Shown: positions 14,301 to 29,300 of the stretch, in pieces
How positions within the stretch are numbered: the first letter of the stretch is position 1
How the letters are laid out: every line of letters begins with the position of its first letter
Assembly: GCA_965287045.1 (NCBI GenBank)
Contig: OZ336885.1
Location: forward strand, 66,278,001-66,342,000
DNA: 64,000 bases
Direction of reading: 5' to 3'
Origin: Carcharhinus amblyrhynchos
Taxonomy: Eukaryota
Program-made: the position numbers and the translations under genes
Notes under the pieces: model-generated
What the model saw: the letters and a program-made list of their open reading frames with translations, nothing else
Told to the model about the DNA's origin: nothing
Database searches by the model: none

Positions 14301-17300
14301 AAAAAGAAACGGGCTGAGTAGTGAGCGCTCCGACACGTCAATCAAAGTTATGTCACAGCCCTTGTTGGAAGTATGCCCTTTTACAAATGAAATCTGCCAT
14401 TCGCACTTGGACCGGCTGCACGTGAGCACAGGCCCATAATATGTCTTTGTCTCGTCCTGCCTTGTGGCATTGCATTGAAAGCCATTCAAGTTAAGAGTAC
14501 CAGAATAGCCAGAAAAACAAAACGATTCCAGATACCGCCACACTCCATGAAGAAACAGAAATATATATATACTGTGGAGGAGATTGAGGTACTTTACTTT
14601 TCCACAATTAGATGAAACTGACTTTCACGATAGGATGACATACCAACTCGACTTTATTATGTGTTAATCGATTCATCCAAAAATGCTTTACTGTTCGCTA
14701 ATTTACAGTAAACAAGGGGGGGGGGGGGGGCAGTAACAAGGCAATCACCCCACATGACATTTAATTTTTTTCTTAAGATTTCTTTCTGTGGCTGTGAATT
14801 ATGGTCCTGCCATTGCCAGATAACGACATAACGTTGCACGATGCTCTGCCTTCCCATTCTGCTTTTTGTGTGAGGCTGTTGATGGTGTTATTTGTACTGT
14901 TTTGAAATTGCCACCGTTAGTGTCTGCTCTGAAATTTCACGGAACGATATCAGCAAAAAACTCGTCTCAGAACGGAAATGGGGAATTCAGAAATGTGCAG
15001 AAGAGAATGGAAAACACAACACAACCGCGTTGTAATTAATCAAGTTATTTTATGTTATTATTATTTTATATTGCAGGATCCAACGATTGCGAGGAAAAAC
15101 TACAAGATTTAGGTGCAAAATATTTTTTAAGCCTGTACAGAATATTTTACTCTAAGGTTATTACACTCAAAAGAATGTTAACATACAAAGAACATTTGAA
15201 ATCTTCGGTTCAAATTTCAATTTCTCTTGATATATGTTGGAATGTATCCGAACATAATTTCGCTCATTTGAATATTAACCATTGTACTTCAACTTGAATG
15301 GCAGTGGAGGTAAGGAATTTGAGGATGGACACGTCTATTAGGTCCAACCTTTCAACTGCTGAAATGATGGGGCCGTTTAATGCTGCACTTAGTTCAAAAC
15401 GTGCCATTAAAAAAATAAACAAAAACTGTTATCTCCAGGCGGCAATTCAGCAATATTCAAACTATTAACTCTTTGCAGTATCATCCTGACACTGGGCGCT
15501 AAGCATCGTCATGGCTTAAATATCGGCCAGAATGTAGAATTGGCCTATTTTAAACAAACACAGGAAATTAAATGAGAATGTGATACAGAGATGCAAGAAC
15601 ATAACTTAGATACACTTAACGAAAATTTAGTTCTCTCCTTACCGCTTTTGGCAGCCCTCTACAACAACAAATCATCCAGTTACAATTGTCGAATCCTTCA
15701 GATCAGTAAATCAGAAGCTTATTTTTTTCTAGTCAGTTGAATATCCAATGAGCTTGTGAAGGTATCAACTTCATATGGCTTTGTTGCATTCGCAGAGGTT
15801 GCAGTACAGAATCTCATAATCACAGTTTTTTGTCCCAGCCAGTCTAAATCGCCAAAAAAAAAACCTGACCTATCTACCAAATCCGATGTACCAGCCATTG
15901 CCACAGAGGATTGAATGTTCTGACCTGTCGAGTGTTAATTCCAAGATCTTTCAAAGGATTAGAGACAACACGGCTCCTTGGCAGCTCATTCCAATTCATC
16001 ACCACGCCGTGCTTAGCAATGATTTTCCTCATATTATGGCGAGACCCTGTCTCATATTTTGTTACTGCGTCACTTCATGAAAGGCCCTTTAAATAAAGGG
16101 AACAGCTGCTCCCTTTTCAGACTGTCGACGACTTTTATAATCTCACACACCTCGGTCAGATCCACCTTTTTTTTTCCTGGTCCAACGAAAACAATCCAAG
16201 ATTTTCCAACCTCGCTTCATAACTTGAATGCCCCATTATAGGCAGCATTTTTTCGAATCTCCTCTGCCCTTCTTCTTTTGCGATCACATTCTTCCTGAAT
16301 GGGGCGATCGGACCTGCACACCATACTCCAAATGTAGCTTCAATGTAATTCATTACAACTCCAAGACGGTCTCCTTCTTTCTGTGGTGTATGCCTCGACT
16401 ACATAAGCGAATTGTCGCATGTACCTTTTTCACCACCACTAACATTGCCTCCGCCTTCAAAGATTTATGGACAAACACACCAAGGTCATTTGTTGTTGAG
16501 AATTTCCGAACATCATGGCACGCATTCAATACTTCCACGCCAAATTACTCCATCCAAGGTGTAAGAGGTCACATTTTTCAGGGTTAAATGCTGTTTGCCT
16601 CTTATCAGCCCGTTTTACAAACCCGCCAATATATACAAAGAACAAAGAACAAAATCAGCCCGGAAAAGAGGCCCTTCGGCCCAACGAGTCCGCGCCGCCA
16701 TCTCGACACCACCAGTCCCCCTCTCCACCCACGACCCCTGTCTAATGTTTTATGGCCATCCAGATTGAGGGAATCTAATTTGGGGACAATTTATTCCTGC
16801 CAATCAGCCTAACAGCACACCTTTGGGGTCTGGGAGGAAACCAGAGCACCCGGAGAAAACCCACGCAAGCACGGGGAGAATGCGCAAACTCCCACAGACA
16901 CCGGCCCAAATCCATGTGTCTGCACAGCAATCAGGGATAGTCACTGAGCTGTCGTCATGCCCAGTATCTTGTCCAGTTTAGGCACACACTAACGACAGGA
17001 AGCACTAGGCCAATCTCGAACAACCAAGAGCAGCCCCAGTACGACCCATCGGGTGTATGCCCCTCGTTGGACACGAGGCGGACTGACTTAAAACCTGTGA
17101 ATGAAAAGAGAAAAAACATTATTATCATACCATATCCATTTACATTACCAGGGACGCCCCAATGCTTATCCCCTTAAAATAAGTATATCGTCATGGTTAA
17201 CCACCTGGCTGTTCGTCATTCATCAACTTACAAATTCACCCTCCACCATCTGAATAGTCATATAAATTCTTTATATGCATGATCTATAACCAAGAGGGTT

Positions 17301-20300
17301 GCACAGATGACTCTCATATACCACTCATGCAGCCTTGCTTCATGACGCTGTCTTCCACAACGAAGCAAACTTCTAATGCAGACCCTCCACGTCCCTCAGG
17401 GCATCCACTCATTTGCCTTATTTATAACTGTTTCATGTGGGAGCTTGTCAACGGTAATGCTTAAATTCATACCTAATACGTCCATTGCACTACACTCGAC
17501 TATACAACTTGTCAACTGCTCAAAAAAATCAATGTTTTTGCAGTTTCAATCTGTCTCTTAAACAAAGCCAAATTGACTAGCCCTGGCATCTCCATGTGAA
17601 GATAAATTGTCTCCTTCAAAACTGTCTCCAATAGTTTTCGTATAAATTGTGTATCTTTTTTTCTGTAGCTCTCTGCTCTTTCTGCGCAGTCGCAGCCCAT
17701 CTTAATAGCAAAGAAAGATTTGCTTTTCTCAAGTTCCTCTGGCGCCTCTCCCATGGAAGGGAAGGAGGTTTCCAAATGGATGAAAGATCCTGCAATCTCG
17801 CCCCTTGTCTCCTATGACAGACTAGGACACAATGCTTCGGGCTTGTATTGTCTATTTTCATTTCAATTAGCTTGGCTGTGAAGGAATGTGAAGTATTGAT
17901 TCAACATTCGATTGACGCACTGCAAATACACCATTAGATTGCCCCATTTGTCCCAAATGGGCCCTAAATATCCCAGATAATTTTCTGTCCATTGATAAAC
18001 TTAAATAATATCTTATGTCCCCATCTTTACTAACCAAAGTTTTCCCGTGTTCTGCCTTTGTTCTGCTTTTTTGTGTGTGTGTTTTTATAGATCTACCCTG
18101 AACCTTTGGTACTGCTCTAATGCTTTCTTTGATCTGCTCGCCCAGCACAAACTAAAAGCCTATTTTACTCCGGAATGTTCCTGGTCATACGTGGTTTCTG
18201 GGCTTCAAACTCGCTATACATGTGAGAGGAACCTTCTGGACCTGCAGCCTCCGAATTTCATTGTCAACAAACACACTGTTCTTTCTCAGATGTTTCCACA
18301 ACAGTTTTTCGTAGTCTACCTTGGCCGAATCATGCAACAACATCATCTCTCCTCGCCTCCAAAACCTTTAAACTTGCAACTTGGCCATTGTAATATCGAT
18401 AAATAGCTTCAATTATATAGTGTTCTGGTCGCTTTCACCAGCATGCTCACCCACCGTCACCGTAACCACCTGTCTGGCTTCATTCCCCAGAATCAAGTCT
18501 AAAACTGCACCTTTCTTTGTTTTCATTCCTCCACATTTGAACAAAAACAAATATTGTTGTTCACATTTTAAGAAATCCAACATATTGAAGTTCATAACAG
18601 TATGCATATGATAATTAATTTTGGAAAAGTTGATATGATGTACCAATAAGTCCCCGACTTTTTTTTGTTTGCACACATCGCCGATTAATGCACATATTTT
18701 CTCCCCAAATTCCGCTGATTGTTTGGGGACTGCCATTTTTATGTCTGATCATTACCAACAACACTTCAGTCGGTGCAACATCCAAGTTATCGTCTCTCCT
18801 CAGCGCAGTTGACAAACGCCTTAATGAATAATTCAACACTTAATCTTTTTTTTCCACATTTCGCTTTTTGATTATAAAGCCTGGAATGTTGAGCTCCCAA
18901 TCAGGCTTGCCTTTCAGTTCTGTTTCTATAACGGCTCATATATCAGGATTTCACGTGTTGAGTAGACCTTTTACTCAGTCATTCTACGTGTAATATCCGT
19001 TATACAGTAGATGTTCAGCATTATTTTGTTCCTTTGCAACATAATGTAGCTACAGTCTCTCTTTCTTGATTGTTTTCCTTCATCGTGAAGCGCCCATGTT
19101 CTGCGAAGACTCTGTCCTCTTCTTCTACTCAGTCTGTCTGAAAGAATGTTCATCCCGCTGTGATTCAAATAAAACATTTCAAGCTTCTGCACGACCCATC
19201 ATCTCGGAGACTGCCCCCAAGATCAGTAATATAAATCGCTCCACCTTGCACCAAATCTTAAGCTATAGATTCATCTACATTATGTTCGAATTCACTTGCT
19301 CGCTAACACGCAGCACTGGAAAGCGTGAGTTCCGGCTCTTTACTCTGTTGTCTAACTCGCAAATTACTGGTCCAAAACCTCCTTCTGCGTATCTCATTGG
19401 TACCAACATGGACCACGACCTCTGATAATTTTATTTATTAACGTCACAAGTATGCTTACATTATCACTGCAAAACTGTCAGGGTGCCCTCTAGGCATTCA
19501 GTTGCATGCTGGCCCCTGTCTGCAGGGATGCTACACAGGATCCTGGAGTCACATTGACGGTCACAGTACTGTCTGTACACAAAACTGAATCTCCGATTCC
19601 AAGCCGGGCCAGAGTGGACACGTAAGCTACATACTTGTTTGTCAAGGCCGACCAGATGGTGACGTATTCACCTCATTCCTCAAGTCAATTTGCTGCGATG
19701 GGACCACTTCTCTAAACGGACTGTCCACGACTATCTGAGACTCGCAGATGCTTCACGGATTTTCCAGCCGCCCGTCAACCTCTGAAACGAAAGCTTGCAG
19801 GAGCTCTATCTGGGCATAATCCACGCACAGATGCTGTCCCCAAGCATTGGAACATTGCCTAGCGCAAGATCAAATTGGATATTTGATATCACCTCTCATT
19901 TAAATTTAAATCTTTATCCTTAGAATGTTTTTTTTTAATGTATGACTTTTTTATTGCTAGATCCTTGGTATTGCAGCATTACAAAATACAGTGCACCATG
20001 ATGATTTTGCTTATTTCAACAGAAGAAAAAACGAATTGTCATCTCAGCCGTTTTATCTTTCCAACAATCAGATGATTTCCTCCCCCCCCCCCCCCCTTCC
20101 GTAATGCCCATTTGATCTCTGAAATCTGCTTCATTGGGAAAGACAGAGACACAATGCAAATGTTACCAGACTGGAAACATTGAAGCTTAGACCAATGATC
20201 AGAGTACACGGCTTCAACCACTCCATGTCTGCAGGCAATTCAACCCATTTCACGAAACTTGGTGCGAATGAATGAAATCAGTCTCAATAATCATGACTGT

Positions 20301-23300
20301 GCAGATATCGCTGAATGTCATAAAAACATACCGAGTGTGCTAACACCTTAAGGGAAGTGTTAGCGTGAGTGGGCGAAACGACCACTACTGACTCAGGGTG
20401 TAGTTCAATAACGGCGCAGCTTCATTTTCCTTTACGTCGACAGAGGTGCAGTCAGGACATACAATCGGAGTGTCCCAAAAGCGCTCTAAAGGTCCGCCGC
20501 AATGGGCTATAGTTATACCTGAACTTCGGTGTAGTATGAGATTCAAATGCTAACACTTTATTTACAGTATTCGACTTTAGCCATCCTGTCTCGATGTTTT
20601 CGAGTGTAAGAACGATTGTTTTAAGTGTGTGTTAATCGTTTTTGTCTGATTGGTTATTAATAGTCTAGAATCTCTGGGGTTTGAACAATGGGTGTGTGAT
20701 TGATCTCAAAGAGTTTGAGGGGCCAGGGACGTTTCCTTAGCTATGCTAATTTTTAGATGTCTCCATAGATTGTTTGACTGGTTTAACAGTGGTGGGGTGG
20801 GGATGTGTTTTTTTTTAAATTTAGTTTCTGTAGGTGCCATCCTGTCCAGCTTCCCTTGTGTGCTAGCCCTCATTTGCATTCTAAAAGCATGTTCTTGCCT
20901 ACTAACCTGTGTCTGTTACTTTGTGATTTTCACTGGAGAGGCTCTGAGTGTAATTTTAGCCTGCTTCCATTTTGTGTGCCCAATTTCATAAAATTTGTTG
21001 TCCAATAACAGAAGTAAGTAATACCCCCTTAATTTGTTTGGCCTCCATGTGATTCCAGACACAGAGCAATGTGGTTAACTATTGACATCATACGCAAATA
21101 GCCAATCAAACAAATGTAATGACAATTACGCTGAACAACACGTCAGAATGAGGGCCACCTGCCCATGGACGGCTCGAGGAAACAAAGCATCCAAGTACAA
21201 CAAATGCAACGATTCAATTCTAGCCTGGTCACTTAAACTCCTTATACTTTCAACCGTTCACCTTGCATTGTTAGTAATACCTAAGGCTGCAAGACATAGA
21301 TTAATACTTCCATCTTGATTAATTTTAATGTTTTGTTAGCAGAAGATTAGTTCGAACATTAAATCCTTCTATTGCCCAACCTGCATTGTTTTATATTTTG
21401 GGATTTATTAGAAAAGAAGATGAAAGACAAAGAAACAGGTAGATGTTTTAATTCGATATCTGCGTAACGGAACACAAGTTATTATTCAATTAATCTGACT
21501 TTTTTTGTTTCTAAAATTTTAGTTTCACTAAAGATTTGACAAACATCCCAGTTAATTTTGGGATCCAAGGGCAGCACGTATGTGTTCCCAAGGTTCAAAG
21601 TAAGCAAATGTTTTTGCTTCCATGAAGACAAAACAAAAAAAAATAGTTACAAATGCATGATAATCAGCGGAGAACCAACACTGAGTGTCCTACGGCTGTT
21701 GTCAAGATTATATCAGAGTTTCCATTAAAGTTGGATCAACACGTGAGAACTAAAAGTTAGATTAGATTTGAAATTGTTGTCAGCTAAACCGATATTCAGT
21801 GAAAATTATTGCTTTGCATGCTGTCCATACAAACTATGGTATATATAAATGTTTCAGAATAATAGAACGGAGCCTAGAAGATAGTGCTATAGCTATAAAA
21901 AACGTGCAAAGAGGATCAGTTCAATATCTGAGGGGTCCTTTCAAAAGTCTGACAACAGCGGGAAAGAAGCGGCTCTCCCGAAATTAGGATCAACACATCT
22001 TATTGAATTGATGGACTGCCTGTTTCTTGAAAACAGAAGGCTCAGGCTTGTAATCGGTTTAAAATGATGCCTTCTCACATACGAGGCAGAAATAAATACG
22101 TGAGATTGAAGTTAGTAAAACGTCTGGAAGAAATGAATTTAACATAGCCAAGTCATCTTTTGGGAAATTTGAAACTGAGCGTTATTGAAGGGGAAATTCA
22201 TCTTGTTGAAGCGTTGTTTCTGCAATTCATTTGTTCAGTACTCATGAATAACAAACAATAAATGGATCCCTCTGCTGTGCAACACTTCAACCCACAGAAC
22301 CATCCATTGTCCAATCAAAGTCAGGCTGGCTGCTTGTATTGAAATAAAGTTTACCAGTTAATTATCATTTGTCCATTAATTGGCACATTCCTGTGGTAAA
22401 AAAAATACTGTTCGCTCTCTGCTTGATAAGCTATAAGGACCTGTGGAGTAATATTGCAAACCGTCCGAATGGGAGGAAACGGTGGGGGGTGGGGAGGGGG
22501 GTGGGGGTGGTGTAGTTCATGGCATGTATCTTTTGACAGCAATGGCATAGTCACATTATTCGTTCAGAAATGAACTGCGGAGACAGCTTTTCTCACTGAA
22601 ACACGGAAACGTAGGAAATAGAGGCTGGAAAAATTATTGCGCTCTGTTCTTCGAGCCTGCTCCTCCATCCTTTGCTGATCATCAAACTCCATATCCTGAA
22701 GCTACCCGCCCAAAATGTCCCCAATCACTTTAGCCCAAAGAGCTGTACCTATTTTTTTTGAGATATTGCGCAGACAGTTGGTCTCAACTGTGTTTTGCAG
22801 GAGTTAATTCCCTAGATTCGTCCTTCGCCAAATGCAGGAATTTCGACTCATCTTCGTCCTGAAAGGTTCATCCCATATGTTCGAAGGAAGAGCCCTAGTT
22901 CTCGACTCCCTCACCATCAGGGATGTTCTTTCTAACTCCATCTTGTCTAAATTGTTAAAAATTTATAAGATTCCAGGGAATAAGAATGAAAATTCTATGG
23001 GATTAGGATTATCCCCTAATTGATTGAGTCTCCCCTCATGCGACTGATGTCCATCACAGGAATCGATTGAGTGATGCAGGAGGGCATCGAAGCCTTGCTG
23101 TGTATCCACGTTCTCAATTTCTACCAGTTCAAATAATAATCTGACTTCATATTATTGCCACTGAATTGGACAAGATCACATTCATCAAATGTATACTGCA
23201 CCTGTCGTGCATATGTCCATTCCGTCTTCCTGTCCAAATCTCAATGAGGTATTTATGCATCCTCTTCACAGATCACCGACTTAATCAAAATAATATCGTC

Positions 23301-26300
23301 TGAAAATTCGGAGATACTACATTTAGTTCCCTCTTCCAAATCATTAATATATAATGTGAACAGTTGGTGATCTCTGTGGCGCAATACATGTCAGAGCCTT
23401 ACAATTGAAAAATAAAATGCATTTGTGCAAGCTGTTTGCATCTTGCATGTTACCCAGATTCCTATCCATTTGAAGACGCAACCAGTAATCCTATGCACAT
23501 TAACATCACATAGTGTTCTGCAATGTCAGACATTGTTGAAAGCCTTCCAAATGTCTAAATAAACCACATTCACCGATTGTCCTTTGCCAACACTACTGCT
23601 TTAATTCTCAAAAAAATCCAACTGATTCTTCAAGCATTTCCATTTCGTAGATTCAGGCTAACTTTGATTATCCCGCTGCTTTCCACTTGCTGAGCTGCGA
23701 AATACTTAACAATAAATTGCAGCCGTTTCCCGAGTTCTATCGTCATGCCACTGATCTATGCATAGAACATAGAATATTAGAACATAGAACATAGAATGCT
23801 ACAGTGCAGAAAGAGGCCCTTTGGTCCATCGAGCCTGCACCGAACACAATCCCACCCAGGCCCTAACCCCATGCCCCTACATATTCTACCCACTAATCCC
23901 TCCAACCTACGCATCCCTGGACGCGAAGGGGCAATTTCTTAGTATAACCAATCAACCCAACCCGCACATTTTCGGACTGTGGGAGGAAACCGGAGCACCC
24001 GGAGGAAACCCAAGCAGACACGAGGATAATGTGCAAACTCCACACAGTTTTAACAGAAATCCATTCCATAGAACATATAACATAGCATCCTACAGTGCAG
24101 AAAAAGGCCCATCAGCCCATCGAGTCTGCACCCAACACCGAACTATAATCCCCTATCTTTTTTTCTACTTCTACCTTGAATTACGGGTTAATATTAGCTA
24201 CATTCCAATTTGCACAACCGGTCGAGAATACAAATATTGCTTGATAATTACCACCAAACAGTCTTCTATTTCGAGGGTTTCTTCCTTATATACTCTGACA
24301 GGAAGATTCACAGGCGCTGGAAATGCATCCAGTTTCAATGCTATCAATAACTGCAGAATATTTTTTCCACTAATGCTCATTTCCTTCGGCACCTCACGAG
24401 AACTTTTTTTATTTCTCTCTCAGAACGTCACACACATTGTTAATGCCTTATTTTGTCAAGATAGAAGTAAAGATTCAAATTTCCTCACTTATTTATTGTT
24501 CCGCAAACACAGCTACCTCTTTTCTGACTTTAAAGGGCCTACATTCGTTTTTTTTTGTGCGTCTTTGTTCCCCGTGCATACCAATATGAATGTTTAAGTT
24601 AATTCTTATGCTCCACTCTAGCTTACATTTATGCACTAGTTGACCATTCTCAACCGATCAATTGGCCCTCCTTTGCTGAACATTAAACTATTGCCAGTCC
24701 TTCATTCAATTGTTTCAACCGTCTTACCAATTTGTTGTTTTTTATTCTTTGAATTATTGCTATCACTACTTTCCATTATATGCCATTGATTGGCCACTGT
24801 TTCCCGACAACTATTGCGACAAACAGAAATAATCAACATCCTTGGACCCGTGTCTTGTATCTTTAATGCATGCCCTTGCCGGCGCACTGCCCTTCCTTTC
24901 AGTCATGTGTGTCATTCCAACATATCCAATTCGTGCCTCATACCACCTTAGTTGCATTCATTGTGATTCAGAAATCCGGTATGAAGACCAAGAATCACTC
25001 CTCGACAAAGAATTCTATCATCTTATGTTTACTCTGACCCAAGTTTTCTCTTACATCAAAATTTCCAACTGATAAATTGTCATTGCACAATACACATAAA
25101 GGTGCAAAATGTGCAAATCGATCAAACAGATTTAATTGAAAGGAAAAACTAAGCTGCATTTGGCAATAAAGTGCACAAACCTAAGGAGAAATTGAAATCA
25201 TTTGCATTCATGTAACGTCATGAACTATGAGGAGAGCAAGAGACCCATATATACTACAAATATCAATGATGAGCGTAGGCTTGAGAGGCCGACTCGGTTG
25301 CTCATACTCCTATCACACCTGTTTATATGTCATTCTGCATGGGCCAAATGGTCTCATCCATAACCATTTTGCAAAAGAAGTGGAGAATCATAGCTGGACT
25401 TCTGTTTATTTTTTGCGAATGGAAATATACTGTGAACAGCCAGGATGCGCATAATGACCAATCCCGGTCAGCTAACAAATGGTTGTTTTTTTTTTAGTGA
25501 ACGCGTTGTATTCGGAGACAAAACATATTCTGTTTCTATAATAATGCTCACGATTATTATCTTTATACTTTTTTTACAGAACTGATTAAAATTCAAAATA
25601 ATTTAGAAGACTTAGGTGGGAATGTGATAACTATTCTCAACTTTTTACTTGTTTGCTCTTGAGAATAAAGGCTAACGTCAAAGTTCCCCGTATTATGGAA
25701 AAAAAATGTTCCGGTATATTTTCCGTGTCTGCTACTCAGGAGGCGATAGCGTCAGCATTGTTCTACGTCTCATAGTTACACGTCATCTTTCTGTATTTCA
25801 ATGTAAATGTGAGTACCAAAATCTATACTTACCAAACTAGCGATGCCCAGATGGCGAGGAAAATATTTTATAAATGTTTTAAGCCAAATTACATACTCTG
25901 GCGTGTCGTTGAGCAAGCACGGATCACACTAATATGTAATTGTTGAAAAAGAAACACCACGTTGCAACTTCAATTTCAAATGACACTGATAAATTAATTA
26001 ATGTGCAAACCTGAAATGTTGTCATTGCTTGTATTTTTGTTTTATTGTTGTTGGCACAAGTTACAACTTATGATCTGTTTAACTTGAAACTTCCATCTTG
26101 AAACTTATGTTACATTGTTTAGCGAGGTTTGAACGTGCATAAATGATCTATTGGCGATGGGAAATGTTTTAGACTGATGGGATTCGCACAGGTTGGTGAA
26201 GTACAGATAGAAACTGATCTACATGGGGCTTAGTTTCTAATCCCACAATAACAGGAAATTATACCCAAATTCAAAAATCATCTGGGATACAATGTTAGCC

Positions 26301-29300
26301 CAAGTAATCGTGGCTGTCAAAATATTTACGATTGCCATTAAGTCCTACCTTACTCACTATTTCCCTAATGAGAACGAAAATCTAGACCCTACTTAGTTGG
26401 TCTGATCGACGCTTGTGTGCGGATCGACAGCAACTTGATTTGTTCTTTGCTGCCTTGGAACTGCGGGAGCAAACTGATCAGTTCACAGGCAAGAGGCATG
26501 CGCAAGAAATTATGACCTTTCCAGAGAGGGTCACCTCGCCCGAAATAATAAAGCTATTTATAGAAATGGGACAGTTGTACTTCGGCGCAGCGTTTTGATT
26601 TCTTAAGAATTAGTAGCAAATCCCATGCAAAAGCTTTTCAACCCATTGATAATGCAATGCCATTTTTTTCAACAAAGGGCCAATTCAAATCTCACAGTGT
26701 CACATACCACTAATTTGGGTAAAATGACGATCCAAGCTCTTTCAATTAGTGAACATGACCGGTTTGTTGGTGGGGCAAAATCAGAAAATTTTAAATCACT
26801 CTTCTCATACCCCATTATGAAACCAGAGAGACCATTGGCAGCATGATTTGTAAGTGATGCTCAGAGTAAAAACGATACAAAGGGAGCGTCAAGAGTTGGG
26901 CAGCACAGAGCAAAACATTTATTCTATCGTATGAAAGTGAATTTAAATGGTAGTGTCTTATTATCCTACGTCCTGACAATTTTAAAAGCAATGGCCGCAG
27001 AAAACATTCCCTTTCACTTTTTTAATTACTTAATTTCCTACTTAACAGAAGAACAAATGAAAGTAAAAGTAAAAGGTGATTGAATTAGCATTTTCCTTCC
27101 TCTAACAGCAAAGTGATTAATTTTGTCGTTCTGTTGTTTTTTTTTGCAACCTGATTTTGTCACTATTCGCCGGAAATCCTCCCATCCAAGCCTCAGTGCC
27201 ATAGACTTAGTGTGTGGTGTCTTGAACTTGTGGGAATAAAGACAATGCTCTCAATAAGACATTCAAAATGGTAACGATCGACAGCGGCCCGTGTTACTAG
27301 GCTGGTAGCGCAACGGTTTAAATAAATTATCAATGGCATAGATATAAATTTGGTGCCAGCATCAATTGTATTTTAATTGCACATTCGAAAATGCTCGCTT
27401 GTCGTTGGAGAGAGAGGAAAAAACAATTTGTTCCAGTAGGTAAGTCAATGATCCATCCATCCCTCTGGCAGTTTTGTTAGGTTAAATCCAAAGAAACGCG
27501 CTGACCAATTAACCTCCTTTTCAAATCAAATGTTTATGCATCTCTATGTATTTGACAAAGTTAATATGCATTATGATAAATGTACACACTCCGTCAATGC
27601 GCAACAGACACACTCGTATTTTACCAAACAAAGATCAGATCATTTAAAGATACTCCTTATGCAATGTAGCCAAAGAGCCATGGCGGACATAATGTAGCAA
27701 GCAATGATGTGGTGGACAAACAAAACCGTTCTAATTCTGTACCTCTTTTTACATTTTTACATATACGTTTAAGCTTTGACGAAGGACTGGACTCGAAACG
27801 TCAGTTCTTTTCACTCCATACAAACGCTATCAGTTCTGCTAAGATTTTCCAGCATTTTCTCTCTTGGTTTTACATTTCTAAAGGTACCTAGTTGAGCTGA
27901 GAACGAATAAATGTCGTGCAATTGTATCCTCAGTCGCTGTGAACTATTGTTTCATCATAGCTCAATTTCTCTGAACAATGGTAAGTTTGATCCATTTACT
28001 CGAGGTGGAATGCAGTGGTGGCGATTCACGGCAAGTTAAGGAGATTGAGGGGTTTGACTTTGGAAAATAAGTTGCACAATATCGACATACACTTCCGAGA
28101 GTTTAAAAAAATGAGAGGGGATCTATTGAAGGTGTAGACGATAATAAGTGAGAGTGACTGTCTGCATCTGGGGTGGATGTTTCATTTGTTGAGCAGTCCA
28201 TAAAAATAGCTTGGACATTTAGGATAACTGATGGCGGATATAAAACAATGATGAGCAGAGATTAAATTTCTACAAGAGTTTTAACTCTACGGACATCACC
28301 ACCGCAGATGAGGTGAATACCCTGCGGACCTTTCTTTTTTCTAAGGCTTTGAAGGACTATCGTTAACGAGCAGGTCAGTGGAGTTCATGTGGCTCTAAAA
28401 TCACCGATGATCACCTTAAATGACAAAGCAGCTTCAGTGGGGTAAAGTATCTATTTCACCTCCGAGATCGTATGGTTTGTATGATCGTCAGTCTGTTAAC
28501 ATTAGCTGTTGGACACATTTTGATTTTGGAAATTTGTTAAAATATTTCCCTAGATACTGCTGGTATAGCCTGGTATGATGATTTACAAAGGCAACACATT
28601 TCCGGGACAGTGTTTCTTTTCAGGATTGTAAAAAATAACGTTGAGCCAACATCATTATTAAGGTAATATCTAAGGGTTGCGCTTCAAAATTCGGCCGATA
28701 TTTACAGGACCATTCCGAACCGAAATGTCATTTGGCACTATTACTTCAGTCATTGGCCTGCATGCCATGAAAATTGTTACACTGTGTCAAGCATTGATCA
28801 TTGCTGGAGTTTTAGCAATCCTGACAGGATATTGTTCTTAATTAGACGGTCCGTCTGTCACAGTAAATATATATAAAACATGTTTATGTATATCTGAAAT
28901 TGGGGCAAGTCCATGTTATCCCTTCAAGATAACAACCCGATGCAAGTATCCCAGGCACTCCATTCCACTCGCACTAATTAACAGTCTGTTTACTGATTTG
29001 CATGCTGGTTTCTGCCAGGAACAAACATCGTAACACTTTTGTTCCAAAGGTAGACAAAACAAAATGAATTGATAAGTCGTAGTGATGTGTGGCCAGTGTT
29101 AGAGCTATGAACGTCAAAGTAATTGAAAAACATGGTAAGCTGAGCGGGGCATTCTTCAGTGTTTGGACTTACAAGCATCGCAATAGAATTCCCGTCTTTG
29201 TGGGAAGCCCGAAGTCGAAGCCGAAGTGCATCGCTAAAGGAAATTCTCAAAATCGTTTTCCAGCGTGAGGCATATTCAAATGTTTTATCAACTACAATGT

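Noticed and set aside
20023-20037. 15-nt exon-like segment (ttatttcaacag|aagaaaaaacgaatt|gtcatc), EEKTN
   Set aside because: Poor donor, and its final T joined to exon 3 (aa) would make a TAA stop.
23821-24597. Longest ORF in the track (258 aa)
   Set aside because: Runs antisense through SINE and decayed CR1 sequence; not a gene.
27413-27445. Strong donor ag|gtaagt at 27440 with a possible 27-nt or 3-nt exon, or a recursive splice site
   Set aside because: The 27-nt version needs a GAG acceptor right after another AG and breaks register; the other options cannot be tested from sequence.
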